DNA from: Eledone cirrhosa
Lineage: Eukaryota
Direction of reading: 5' to 3'
Assembly: GCA_964016885.1 (NCBI GenBank)
Contig: OZ024740.1
Span: 373,984,001 to 374,048,000 of the forward strand
DNA: 64,000 nucleotides
In this document: in pieces, positions 12,691 through 26,657 of the stretch
Layout of the letters: each line of letters opens with the position of its first letter
Position numbering within the stretch: position 1 is the first letter of the stretch
Notes under the pieces: model-generated
What the model was told of the DNA's origin: nothing
What the model saw: the letters and a program-made list of their open reading frames with translations, nothing else
The model's database searches: none
Program-made: the position numbers and the translations under genes

Positions 12691-13272
12691 TATGTATGAT
12701 TGTGCTTCTGTGTGTATGTAGCCTTATCTGTTTTTGTTCATGCCTGTACATATGCATATGAACACTGTAGCGCTCAAATATCGAATTAAATGTCTCAATT
12801 AGATGAAAAATGTATATGTACTACGTTTCAATATTAAAATATGATAGCAATCAATTTTCATGTCAATTTTGAATATAATATACAGATTCACTTTACTATT
12901 CAGCTTATTTAATTTTGTATAGATTTGTATATGGTAGTGATTGTGTTCTTTAAAGTGTTTCTTTTCCATTTGTTTTCTTTTGTTTACTTTGTATCTAACT
13001 ATTATTTCGGTTCCGTTTATATTTTACTCTCATAATTACTTTATAATCTCTTTGCCGAAGAAGCGGTCCACAAACATGAAATCATAATCGGCTTCAATTA
13101 ATTAAATGTGGTTCTACATGCATAATCAGACAGAGCGTCATGTGCTACGGCTCTCGAGATATATGAAGGCATTCGCTGGGCATCAAAAAGCCACATTCAC
13201 GTAACAAAAACAATCTCATACATATACATACACGCGTACTCGTATTGTTCAGACGCCGTAAATATTTATTTA

Positions 13273-13328
<56 letters not shown>

Positions 13329-13339
13329 TTCATTGAAGG

Positions 13340-13390
13340 AGCTTCTACAGGACTAGTACAGTTTCATTCGAATGAAATCTTCAGGAAGCT
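13340..13390 (-). ncRNA. Type I hammerhead ribozyme candidate (family B)
   Basis: Minus strand AGCUUC-CUGAAGA-U UUC auuc GAA U-GAA-ACUGUACUAGUCCUGU(near palindrome)-A-GAAGCU. Helix I is a perfect 6 bp. Confidence 0.65.
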
Positions 13391-13817
13391 GGGTGTCATA
13401 TTAAGTTCTGGTATTTATACATTTAGGTAGTGGTAAGGGAGGGGTGGTGGAAGGGGGGGGGGGGTTATTTAGATACACAGGACCACTTCATGGCACAGGC
13501 CGTTTTTTCTTTGGGGAGTGGTCAATTAGCCAGAGTGCTTTTTTGAAATAAATAAATAAGTTAATAAATAAATAAATGAATAAATAGATAATAGAATAAA
13601 TAAATAAAATAAATAAAAAAAAAAAAATAAAATAAAAAAATAAATAAAAAAATAAATAAAAACCCCAAGAATAGTAATTCAACAGATATATAGTATGGAA
13701 ATTTAGGTGGGTTGGTAATAGAAATTAAACATTTAACAAGACCGAATCATGGCACAGACTGGGGTGAGTGGTCAAGTTAACATACAAGCCACAGGTGGCC
13801 AGAGTATTTTTGTAGGA

Positions 13818-13886
<69 letters not shown>

Positions 13887-13894
13887 ATATATTA

Positions 13895-14255
13895 TTAGAA
13901 AGTGAGTTGTTTTACAAAATGAAAAATAGCCGAGGTGTCCTACACGAGTGAAAGTATGAAAAAAGATGTCAAAAAGATGAAATCGAAAATACGACTGGAG
14001 TCTTACTTAAAAAAAATATATATATATTTTTTTGCTTCCTTTACCGGTTTCGCAGTTCTTCTGCTTCTCAAAAGTACAGTTGAGATGGACGGTCTGTGGT
14101 TTTTCTCACATTAGATGTGAGAAAAACCACAAACCTCCATCTCAACTTTACTTTTGAAAAGCTGACGAACTGCGAAACAGGTAAATGAGCCAAATAAATA
14201 TATATATTTTATTAAAAATAAGACTCCAATTGTATTTTGGATTTCATCTATTTTT

Positions 14256-14295
<40 letters not shown>

Positions 14296-14345
14296 GATGA
14301 AATCCAAAATACAACTGGAGTCTTATTTTTAATAAAATATATATA
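13895..14345. mobile_element. Hammerhead-bearing non-coding element (family C), foldback centred at about 14112
   Basis: Arms about 13974-14111 and 14115-14249 are diverged reverse complements. Homologs at 27545-27760, 46215-46362 and 60120-60270 all adjoin (TA)n. Confidence 0.85.
14038..14075 (-). ncRNA. Type I hammerhead, U3-A8 variant (family C)
   Basis: CUU-UUGAGAA-GCAG aagaa CUGC-GAA-ACCGGU-A-AAG. Confidence 0.7.
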
Positions 14346-14355
14346 TTTATTATGA

Positions 14356-14436
<81 letters not shown>

Positions 14437-14437
<1 letters not shown>

Positions 14438-14624
14438 CGGAGGAAATGTGGTAAGGAACCAGGAGGACCATAACGCACCAAAGTACTCAGTACTTAGGGT
14501 AGTATAGTGGGTAATAGGAATGAGTAGGACCCCGACGTTTCAGCTCAAGCCGTTTGGACCGCTAATTCTGGACAGAATTAGCTGTCGAAACGGCTTGAGT
14601 TCAGCCGTCGGGGTCCTACTCGTT

Positions 14625-14628
<4 letters not shown>
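14437..14628. mobile_element. Short (TA)n-flanked element with terminal foldback
   Basis: Hairpin 14515-14628 (gagtaggaccccgacg...cgtcggggtcctactc). A diverged homolog with the same architecture lies at 48215-48411. Confidence 0.75.
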
Positions 14629-14682
<54 letters not shown>

Positions 14683-14805
14683 GGAGGTGAGTTTTATTGT
14701 AGTACAATAAAGCAATGCAGATATCGGATAAGAAGCACTCTACAGTTTGTAGGACTGGAGTATGCATAATATAAGATCAAAAGATGGTTAAAGGAGTTCC
14801 ATATA

Positions 14806-14872
14806 TTTTATTATGCGCATTTCAAAAACAAACATCATCATGCAATAATATTTGTGTTTTCATCAGATAAAA
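14806..14872 (-). ncRNA. Type I hammerhead ribozyme (family A)
   Basis: Reverse complement of the motif at 14990-15057, with intact core. Confidence 0.75.
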
Positions 14873-14989
14873 CAGGAGAACATGATATGAAGGTTAAAAA
14901 ACACTTGTGGATAGTGCAGTTGATAGATATGTTAATTTAAAACTGCACTATCCACAAGTGTTTTTTAGCCTTCACATCATGTTCTCCTG

Positions 14990-15057
14990 TTTTATCTGAT
15001 GAAAACACAAATATTTATTGCATGATGATGTTTGTTTTTGAAATGCGCATAATAAAA
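14990..15057 (+). ncRNA. Type I hammerhead ribozyme (family A)
   Basis: UUUUAU-CUGAUGA-long AU-rich helix II-GAA-AUGCGCAU-A-AUAAAA. Confidence 0.75.
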
Positions 15058-15089
15058 TATATGGAACTCCTTTAACCATCTTTTGATCT

Positions 15090-15147
<58 letters not shown>

Positions 15148-15159
15148 ATTATTATCATA

Positions 15160-15195
<36 letters not shown>

Positions 15196-15237
15196 CATAT
15201 ATATATATCCTTCTATAATATATATAATATATATATA

Positions 15238-15275
<38 letters not shown>

Positions 15276-15819
15276 TATATACATATAAATATATATATAT
15301 ATATAATATTATGGATACTATGTATGGTTATGTATATACTAACATTTTTTATAATTATATATATTTTAAACCCTAAACCGTGAAGGTCAGTAATTTATTA
15401 CTACCTTATTACCAGTAAGATAAATAGCTCAACGTAATAACATCAGTTGTTCTACGGAGAAGTTATATAGAATTCACAACAATCAAAGCTATGTTCAAAG
15501 CATTTATTCACTTACAATTGTTTCATCTAAACCTAGGCTTAGGGTCTTCGGAACATGTTTCAATGTGTGTACACATGATTGACCTCCTTTCTAACGCAAG
15601 AGATATACATATACATATGTATATATTGATGTACAGTGGAGTGACATATATTACATTATATTATTTCAGTATAGCAATTCAAATTCCAAGTCAAAATCAA
15701 TATCAAATTAAAACAAAATTAAAATACATTCGCCAGTTAACATAGATAATGCAAGAGGATAGTTTGTTAGTCAGATGTAGTAGTTATTGTAACGCATACA
15801 ATAACTATATATATATAAC

Positions 15820-16265
15820 CTTCTCTCTTTTACTTTCACTCACCCCCTTTGCTAGTCACTATCTCTCGGCTAGCCTCTTCCTCACACTTTCACTCACTCA
15901 CTCTCTGCTACTCACGCTCTCTCTCTCAATTTATCCATGGTCCCAAACCGTACGAATTGCTTTCCTCGCTCACGTTCGCACAGACAAGATGTGTTTTTTG
16001 CCTCTCGTCAATATTCGCACGATCTTATGTTCAAAATCAATCATTGAAGTGATTTTCTCATTGTTTCCTCTCTTTATGTTGCCTCACATTCGTGTGTGTT
16101 TAATCGTCACTCTTTCTCCACCCAACTTTTTTTATCCCAATAACTAAATTTAATTATTGTATTGCCCTAGCCGGAGGTATATGGTCTGTAATGCGAAGAA
16201 ATAGGTTATATTTCTAATTATTTATTATATATATCATATTTGCAACAACACAGCGCGCCATTTTT
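15820..16265 (+). repeat. Dispersed non-coding repeat family
   Basis: Shares tagcctcttcctcacactttcactcactcact and a cagc(g/a)cgccatttttcat end with 30120-30680. Partial copy at 18905-19095. Confidence 0.7.
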
Positions 16266-16266
16266 C

Positions 16267-16760
<494 letters not shown>

Positions 16761-16878
16761 TACTTATTGTTTTCTCTTGGGAATAGATTCATATATATAA
16801 ATTATTTCATTTGTACATTGAATATTAGTATTGCTCTAAGGATTTTATCCAATACAGAAAAGTATATGTGCATGTATG

Positions 16879-16910
<32 letters not shown>

Positions 16911-17791
16911 TGTATATGGAAGTATGTGGATTGCGGAAGTATCTTATAATGTACGTAAAATGCGTATCTTATAATATACATAAAATACAGTGTGAGATGT
17001 AACTGTATCTGTGCACTTACTTGTGTATGTATGTGTTGATGTAGGTTTTTGTTAATTTCTTATTTCCTAAATATAGAAATGAGTTTCAGAATATTTTAAA
17101 ATATCGCAGACATCCTTCAGGCGATTTCATAGTATAGACTGGGTGGTGTTTTCGTCAATGTTTGAATTATACAAGTACATAATACAATCATAGATCTGTG
17201 GTTTTACCCATACATTCATGTGTCTCGATTGCGCCCAAAATTCTCATCAACAATTTTACATTTTACAACACCAACATTAACACCATAATCATCCACCACA
17301 ATATTTCTTTTATTTTACTAATTTTCCAGTTCAACATTGGTCTGCATAAACATCGGATGATAGGGTGTAGATTGGTATATATGCGTCTAGTTTATTTGTT
17401 GTTTTCTTTAAAGTTTATAGAGGGAAAAATGAATATAATGTTATTTCCATCCGATGCTTAAAACCGTTACTGCCAGTCATTTTAGATGTATTTTCAGCAG
17501 GACTGTAAGAAATGTGTCATTATCTAACGTATCCTGACAGTATTCAGGAATTGTTTGGGTAAAAGAGATAAATAGATCTCAGCCGAAAGAAAAACAATTG
17601 GGTTATATATCTTGTCCAAATGGTATGTAGAACTATATTATCGAGAGCAGAAATATTATTGTTACATGTTTTTCTTATTCAAGTATTATTTGGCTGTTAA
17701 AAGTCTTTCAATTGTACAATTGTGGTACAATAATAATGTGATCATCTAGTGGGTTGGTTTAAAGCTGCATGGTAAACAGGTCAACACCACC

Positions 17792-17847
<56 letters not shown>

Positions 17848-18867
17848 TTATAGTGAAGTTTAAAAGAAATGTAAAACATAAATGTTGAATTGTGTTGTAT
17901 GGAGTTTTTAGGTTAATATAAATTAAGGTCATGACTAGGAAAGTTAGTATATGAAAAGATGAAAATTATAATAAGATAATTAAATAGAGTAATACAATAA
18001 TATAATATAATGTAATATAATATAGTACGGTCTGGTAAATTGTACATAGTATAATACAGCGTATGATACGTCTTAAAATACTTTCAAGTATGTCCATGTA
18101 TAAATAATCAAACTGAGATAAATGCATATTGACATAGTCAAAAGGCATAAATTTCATAGATCACAAAGTGCATATACCTACATTATAGATAGAGATATAG
18201 TCATATTGATACTCAATTAAAGACAAACACGCATAAATAGATGTAAACATATACATACATCCATATATGTGCAGTTGTTTACATGCCTTTTAAACTTCAC
18301 TATACCATATACATTCAACTATCAATTTGACAATCCCTATTTTCCTAATAGACTCTTTATAGCAATTATATTGTTAACACCATTCAACCATTCCTTTCAA
18401 AGGGTCATGACCTCAACTAAAGTGAATTATTTATCATCTTAACAAAATATGGAAAAAAACAATCTGATTGGTTTGTTCTTCAGCTACCACCAAATAAGGT
18501 CATAGAACACAATTTACTACAAATTCACTACTAATTTTGAATAAAATTCACATTGCTTTTGACAACAGCTGGTGATATGCATGTAAGTAAATATTGTCTT
18601 TATCTGATATATTGTAACTAACATTACAGAGATCGATAACGAAGTATAGTTACGATGTATTATCATCACCTAGAAAAGATCGTAAAGCAGTGAAATATAG
18701 TTCTAATTACTTGATGTTTTATTTCATTATTTTAACTTATATCATAACTCTGTTTTCCTTTTAATGTTTTATTGTTTTCCCGGATTTCTTTTACCTACAA
18801 CATTTTCAACATATGGATTACATTGAGTTCTTCATGAAGACAAACCCCACAACTTACCGTGGATATC

Positions 18868-18902
<35 letters not shown>

Positions 18903-19098
18903 TAACAGTCACTCTCTCTGTTAGCCTCTTCCTCACCCTTCACTCACTCACTCTATGTTACTACCCTTTCTCCTCCTCCTTCTTCCCGTTTGACCTGTGC
19001 GTAATCCTTTTCTTTCGCACCATTGGTCAGGCAGGTTCGCTTTTTTCTCTCTCTCGTCTACGATTTCACAGAACTTATGTTCACCGAATTCACAGACT

Positions 19099-19178
<80 letters not shown>

Positions 19179-19264
19179 ATGTGTGTATGTATACTATATC
19201 TATTGATATAGATATATACAAATATACATGCTCATACACATACATACACACATACACGCATACG

Positions 19265-19297
<33 letters not shown>

Positions 19298-19328
19298 TTT
19301 TATATATCTATATATATGTATGTATATA

Positions 19329-19402
<74 letters not shown>

Positions 19403-19793
19403 GATACATACATGTACGTATATATATAGAGATATCCATACATACACAGTTGTATGGACATTTTTATTTACTTAATATGATTACATGACGTACAATAACC
19501 TTTCATCAATTATACTGCTGGTTGAATAATAGAGGTTACACATTATGTGTAAACAGGAACTTTACAAAGAAGATAAGCATTGTATAGTATGAAACTAGAC
19601 GATATTATGATTGTATATATCAGTGTAAAACTAATATTGAAACCATTCAAATATACTCCAAAGATGTGCGGTTTTAAGTTATAAGCAATGTTTCTAAATA
19701 TCTGTTTCCCCACTGTTTCGTCAGCCTGTATATACTTAAAGAGAACACCTCACATGCACCCATATACCTACGTACATCCCCCCACACCCACAT

Positions 19794-19875
<82 letters not shown>

Positions 19876-20217
19876 GAAATGAATAGAAGGAGTTTAAAAC
19901 CGTTAAAACCGTTAAAACATGTTTATATAACATTGCACCTACGTACGTTTCGCCCGTAATGGGGTTATGAAGGGTATGGAAAACAAAATAATGATCAATA
20001 CGCGACCCATATATATACAGATGCATACAGATAGATATATATGTAGAAGTAATATTTAATTTGTTGGGATACAACAAGCAAACATTTTTATAACTGATAT
20101 AAAGCGCTCATAATTTGCTTTGGTGTCCTTGAAATATGTATAATGAAATAAATATGGTTTTATAAATATAGTTTCCATTTGTTAATATATTGTATTATAT
20201 ATATATATATATATATT

Positions 20218-20375
20218 ACGTTTCTGAATTTGTTTAGCAAGTTTCTTTATGTGAAAACGTGTGTTGAAACCGATATTGTTATAAAAACAAGATGGCGTAG
20301 GACAGAACAAAGGAGAGTCACAAAAACAAAGAAAATAATCCTTATTGGCAACATCACCCTCCCAAAGTATAACAA
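20218..20375. mobile_element. Rearranged fragment of PLE-terminal family D
   Basis: An inverted terminal piece (20218-20282) is joined to a forward, internally deleted piece aagatggcgtagg...ccctcccaaagtataacaat. Confidence 0.7.
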
Positions 20376-20397
20376 TGTATATATATATGTGTGTGTT

Positions 20398-20431
<34 letters not shown>

Positions 20432-21668
20432 TATTGGGGCTTCCAGTGTATGTGACTGCATGAGAATTTCATATCTCTAATTTCATGTATAGATTTTGGA
20501 AACTGTACTGTGCTTTATCACATGTTGTCTGTCTCTGTCTCCCTGTGTCTGTCGCCGTGTGCTTGTTTACTTTTAGCCTTGCTCTCATTGAACGTTTGAG
20601 AAAGTGGCCTTAGTTTGTCGAACCTTAACAAGTGGTACACATACTCTATTTGTGTTTGACTCTAACCTATCTCTCTCAACACGTCTCAGTTTCTCTCCTT
20701 TGCCGCTTACATCAGATCTGGTAAAACGGTGGGTTCGTTATCAACATTGGCGAAAATACTGCGTTCGTCAAACAAAAGCTCATCTACAATATATTCAATG
20801 ACAACATACATATGTATAAATGCGTAAAATTAGTGGTAACTCCAGATCATTGTTCCATAAGATACAGGCACTCACTTTTTACCCCATAGGAAGCTGATGT
20901 AAATATTCAACAAATAAAAAAACTTGTAAAAAGAAGCGGAACAAGAGAACTGGATACATGTACATCTTTCATACAAAGACATATGTTGTATGTGCTTGTA
21001 AGCATACATTCGAACACTCATATCTAAACACAGATATTTATATACATGTATATACCGATCTGTTCACGCTATTCCAAATGAGAAATGTTATTAACTTCTC
21101 AATAAAACTAATTCTCCATAAACACATAATATCTTTTCACCACCAACACTATATATTAATCTCATTTAAGAATACATTCATTGAATCGAAATTAATATCA
21201 ATAATATCGTAAGATATATGCACGGACAATAATTATTTCTTAAATAATGACCTCTTTCACGTGAAAGGATAATATACTGTATATCAAATAAATTATATTT
21301 CATACTACAAATACTAACAGAAACAAAAATTTCACATCATTCCAACACACTGTCTTGTAAATTCGGAGATGGATTAGTAAAACAATAAACATTCATTTGA
21401 AATTCACATTCAACAAAAATGAAACACGACATATGAAATTATAACATTCATCTGAACCATAACTTTAATTATGTAAAACTTGCGTTGAATGAAGCAACCA
21501 CGTAGTCCACGACATCGGTAGCGATGAATGAAATCGGCATACATGAGTAACTGTTGATTTTAGAAAATATAAATTCCTCAGGCTTTCGCTTTCGGGAGTA
21601 AATCTTGTGGTCTGGCCAGTGATAATCGAAGTAAGACATTTCAAACACACCTACACACCTGATATACA

Positions 21669-21730
<62 letters not shown>

Positions 21731-21911
21731 CAGAAGGAGAAACATGCTTATTGTGATCCAGCTCTTTTGAAAATTTGGACTGTGAACAACAATTATAATT
21801 GAGTGGCTGCTATTTGCAGTATAGCAATATAACGTTGCACTTACCAATGAAACGGTCGTAAATACCTGGATAAAATCCTTCTCTTAATGCTTACCTGTGT
21901 TTTCTCTTTTA

Positions 21912-21952
<41 letters not shown>

Positions 21953-21957
<5 letters not shown>

Positions 21958-22205
21958 AAACTATATTTATAAAACCCTATTTATTTTATTATATATATTT
22001 CAAGGTTGCCAAGACAACATTGGTACGCTTTCATCAGATAAAATACAAAGTTTGTTTCATAAATACAGACGTACCCATAAAAATCATACCTTATCGGTTG
22101 GAAATTCACTGCATAGTTTATCGGATGAAAGCGTACCAATGTTTTCTTGGTACCCTTGAAATATATATAATAAAATAAATATGGTTTTATAAAGATAGTT
22201 TCCAT
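21953..22205. mobile_element. Foldback with two hammerheads (family E)
   Basis: Arms about 21953-22043 and 22117-22205. The right-arm core is mutated (CGGAUGA). A decayed third copy lies at 20085-20180. Confidence 0.85.
21984..22043 (-). ncRNA. Type I hammerhead ribozyme (family E)
   Basis: UUUUAU-CUGAUGA-AAG...CCAA/UUGG...CUU-GAA-AUAUAUAU-A-AUAAAA. Confidence 0.75.
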
Positions 22206-22311
22206 TTATTTAATATCATTGAATATTTACTCCAGTAAACTGTTGAGTGCCCTAACTCAGTTATAACCATTTATATTTGTCGGACTTCCAACAAATTAAA
22301 TACACCTTCTA

Positions 22312-22397
<86 letters not shown>

Positions 22398-22402
<5 letters not shown>

Positions 22403-22920
22403 ATACTTTAGGAGGGTCATATTGTCAATAAAAAAAAACACGCACCAGTTGCTTTCACTTCAATTTATTATAAATTCATAAATACAAATTTAATAAATTT
22501 ACGGTTGGTTGGTTGTTCATATATTGTTCATATATTGTCAAAGTTCTTTCGTCACATAGTGACTTGGGATTCTTTTTTTGTGTTTCTCCTTAGTTCTGTC
22601 CTACGACAAAAAACAAAATGGCGTAGGACAGAACAAGGGAGAGGCACACAACAAAGAAAATAATCCCCAGTCACTGAATAGGTCACAGAATGTGTGACGA
22701 AAGAACGTTGAAAATATATGAACAACCATCCGGTTGTGGAACCAACCAACGAACCGGAAATTTTTAAAATTTATATTTATAAAATGTATAATAAATTGAA
22801 GTGAAAGCAACTGGTGCGTGTTTTTCTTATAGGCAACGTGACCCTCCCAAAGCATAATAATATCGGTTTCAACACACGTTTTCAGATAAAGAATCTTGCT
22901 AAACAAATTCAGAAACGATA
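22398..22920. mobile_element. Foldback of PLE-terminal family D
   Basis: Minus arm 22398-22608 and plus arm 22615-22920, homologous to 35165-35480. (TA)n on both sides. Confidence 0.8.
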
Positions 22921-23881
22921 TATATATATATATACATACACACACGCATACATATATCAAGATATCTTAAGTTAAGTATATTTGTATTAACTGTTTTATG
23001 TCTGTATCCATTACTGCATTATTACACATTACGAATTATTTACACACCTAAATATATAAAACTGATGTTGTCTGTCTACTAAAACGATCGTCACACGTCT
23101 CTTCTTAAACCGTACGCTCAAATTTCTGTGAAATTGTTACACTTATAGATGGAGGTCCGGCAGAGACATAGGTAAACAACAATTTCAAATCGACCCACGT
23201 CAAGTGCAAAAATCGAATTTGTAATGTATTGATTTTTCAGTTCAAATGTATAAATAGATATGAGAGACGAGTTATTTCCCTTTTATTGCATCATTTGTTT
23301 ATCTATTTACGTTACGAATAAACGTGCAAAGGTACAAAATACGCGAACAGTTTTCTGGCCAGCAACATTTTATACCTGCAAAATCCATGAGTTCGAAGTT
23401 TCAACATTAAGCTTCCATTTTGCTTAATTTCCATTAAAAAGTATTTTAAAACAATATTTCAGTGCATCATCCTCGCCATCACCTGAGGCAACGCTGCGAG
23501 TGTGCTGGCTTGCCTGAAAAATCATTAGAGAGGTTGCTCAGTACTCGCGACGTTAGTGTCTTTTGCTCTGGTGTTGGCTCCGTTGTTCACCCCTTCCTTT
23601 ACATTTCTACTGTAAAGTCATTTATATGCTCTGTTTATATTTTCATTCTCACTACCCTCAAAAATCTATGAAACTACATATATGTCGTAACTCTCTCTAT
23701 ATATATATATCACACACACACATATACATATACATCTAAAGAGAGAAAGAGAGATGTAGAGAGTGAGATAGTGAGATACGTCGATATACAGAGAGAGGTA
23801 CAAGATAATCAGATAGAGAGACAGAGAGAGGTAATGGCGACGCACGCTGGTTCACACACACACACAAACACATACATATAT

Positions 23882-23961
<80 letters not shown>

Positions 23962-24024
23962 GCGTTCTTTATTGTTCTCCATTCTTTCTACTTTGGCACA
24001 ATGCCACCAATTATCCACCACATT

Positions 24025-24088
24025 ACTGGTACTTTATTTTATCGATCCCGTAATGATGAAAGGCGAAGTTAACCTCGACGGGATTTTA
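24025..24088 (-). mobile_element. SINE fragment
   Basis: actggtactttattttatcga...gttaacctcgacgggattt is the reverse complement of the SINE core. Confidence 0.7.
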
Positions 24089-24239
24089 AATTTGCCTTAA
24101 AATAGTAAAAGTAAATAGTGAAGATTTAGGCCAGTACATACGTATGCGCCGACGGACATGCACATACAAATACATACACACACACAAATACATACACACA
24201 CACAACCACACATACACGCACACACAAACACACACACAT

Positions 24240-24677
24240 GTGTGTGTAAAACTTACGCATTTCTAGAGTATTTTCACCAAACTTAAGACATATATCACTT
24301 ATGTACTCCGGATGGTCATAGGCACTTCATTTTTCCAGATATTGATTATAGGGCCTCCCGGCAGATAACCCCCTTTAACCATTTCCTTGGAGACGACTGA
24401 AGCACTGCAGTGCAATGCAACAAACTGTCATAACTTCTGCAGTTCGCAACCGATTTTCACAAAACTTGACACATGGGTTACGTTTGTTCTACATATGAAT
24501 GTGAACTCTCAGAATTGGCACAAATTGAGTAGAGGACCCCTGGGGGCAGGAACCCCCTTTTGGAAAAAGCGGATGATTTTGTAAAAGTATAGTTTTCGAA
24601 GCAGCACTGAAGTATTGAAATAAATCGTATACATAATTGGTATTTAATACCCGAGCAACGCAGGGTACCTATGCTAG
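24240..24677 (+). mobile_element. Non-autonomous Helitron-like element
   Basis: 3' end acccgagcaacgcagggt hairpin followed by CTAG|T, similar to 772-797. The 5' boundary is uncertain. Confidence 0.6.
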
Positions 24678-24756
24678 TAGACGATATATGCAATTATAAT
24701 ATGTCCCATTCATGGTACAAATTGTAATGTAATAATAATAATAATAATAATAATAA

Positions 24757-26029
24757 TGCTTTCTTTATTAACCACAACGGTCTACATAAAGTAGACATTA
24801 AGGACAGTACAGGACAATACTTGGCGGTACAAATGGGCATTTCTGCGTGTAAAAAAGAAGAAAACGAGGATGTAATAATGGAACAATGAAAAAATTCCCC
24901 AATAGTAGGGAGACTTCCGAGGGACATTCGTGGAGAAAGCCCATTAAAAAGCCACAGTGACCCGGACCACCAGGGCAAGTGCCCTCTCCCAGCTTTCCAC
25001 CTTTAATTTACAGACACATACTCAGAGTAGGCCCATTCACTGGGACCATTCTTGCCTCTCTCACCCATCCTTCAACAAATTGCTGGGAAGAGAGCACTTC
25101 CCTTTCTACCCTGATTTTCCATTTCAAATGAAATTTGAAAGAGTTAATGAGGGCATCACCGAAGAGGTAAGTGCTCGGCTTCAGCCCTTTCAAACGTGTC
25201 CACCATACTATCTCTTTCGCCATGGCCACCAGACGATAAAAACTGCCTGCCCTTCCCGGCTAAAGGAAGAGGGCGGGGCAATCATCACGATGGACTCAGC
25301 TGATAGACGGATCCGTCCTAAACGCGACAGCAGGTGTTCGACATAAACCCACAAGTCAGCAATGCTCGGACACTGGACGAGTGCGTGCAGGACCGTTTCG
25401 TCGCCCTGCGCGCATCTCGGACATGCCCGGCTGACGGCACCTCCATGCCTGTAGAGTTTATCCCGAACTTGCAAAGCTCCTCGGTAGCATTGCCAGGGAT
25501 TTCTGGAAGTTGTCCATAGGCCCCGGCCCGAAAGTTCTTCGGAAGGGATTGGCTAGTTGATTTTCGTCGACGCCTACAGTTTCCCCAAATACGTCGTCGC
25601 TCTTCCCCTCCACTAATCCTCTATACAACGCCAAGGTGGAGTTTCCACCGCTCACATTGCCCGATTGGTCTTCGCTTGACCCAGGACTGCAGCTCCGCCA
25701 AGGAGACGAGCTGGGGAAAGACGCGTCTAGCAAACGGAGACCACACCTGATCACTGTCGAGGAAGAGGTGGAGATGTCGTAGCCTGAGCGAGTGTCTGCG
25801 CATCATCAGCCACGGCAATCCCAGCCCTCCGCGTAGCGGGTATTGACAGCAGATTGACCGCCTGACTATCGGAGCGCGTCCCTTCCACAAAAAGCGAAAT
25901 AGCAAACGCTCCAACGCAGTCAGACGGGCTTAGGACAAGGTACGACGGTCAGGCGGTAGTAGATGACGGACGCGATATACGCGTTAGCCACTTCCGCTAG
26001 ACCTTTCAGGGATAGGTTCCTCTCGGCCT
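24757..26029 (-). mobile_element. 5'-truncated Tx1/L1-type LINE inside (TAA)n
   Basis: MERLLFRFLWKGRAPIVRRSICCQYPLRGGLGLP and CPRCAQGDETVLHALVQCP zinc motif. Homolog of 8800-10170. Confidence 0.9.
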
Positions 26030-26059
26030 AATAATAATCATAATAATAATAATAATAAT

Positions 26060-26560
26060 TTACCACATTCCGAGAAGTAGTATGAATATAAGCCAGAGTT
26101 GGTGATAGAAAACGAACAGGTGAAGGTGCTGTGGGATATTAGGATACAGACGGACAAGAAACGGAACGCAATAGACCTGACATGGTGGTTTTGGACAAGG
26201 AAAAAAAGATCGTGCCTCATTGTGGATGTGGCCTGCCCATTCGACACGAGAGTGCAAGAGAAGGAGAGGGAGAAAATTAACCGATAGCAGGACTTAAAGT
26301 GGGAGGTAAAAAGGATTTAGAACTGCCATGAAGTCAAAGTGGTCCCGCACCAGTAACTATCTCAAAAAGTTTCCAGGGATGGTTAAAGAAAATTGGCACC
26401 GCTACGCTTTTTGGAACGCTTCAAAAGGCATGCTTACTGGGAACAGCAAGAACCCTCCAATACATTCTTAATATCAGAGGCTGCAGGTAGTGGCTTGATA
26501 TTCATTTCAACAAATTTTCCAATTAACTAACATCAATGATTGAGAGTCAAAAAACAATAC
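26060..26560 (+). mobile_element. 3' fragment of R4/Dong-type LINE with restriction-like endonuclease
   Basis: PELVIENEQVKVLWDIRIQTDK...CLIVDVACPFDTRVQEKEREKI...LQKACLLGTAR, flanked by (TAA)n on both sides. Dong elements are known to target TAA repeats. Confidence 0.8.
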
Positions 26561-26582
26561 TAATAATAATAATAATAATAAT

Positions 26583-26657
<75 letters not shown>

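Larger units (their letters stand above)
14766..15097. mobile_element. Foldback of family A element with two divergent hammerheads
   Basis: Arms 14766-14921 and 14941-15097 with a 19-bp spacer. Homologous to 4200-4335. Confidence 0.9.
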
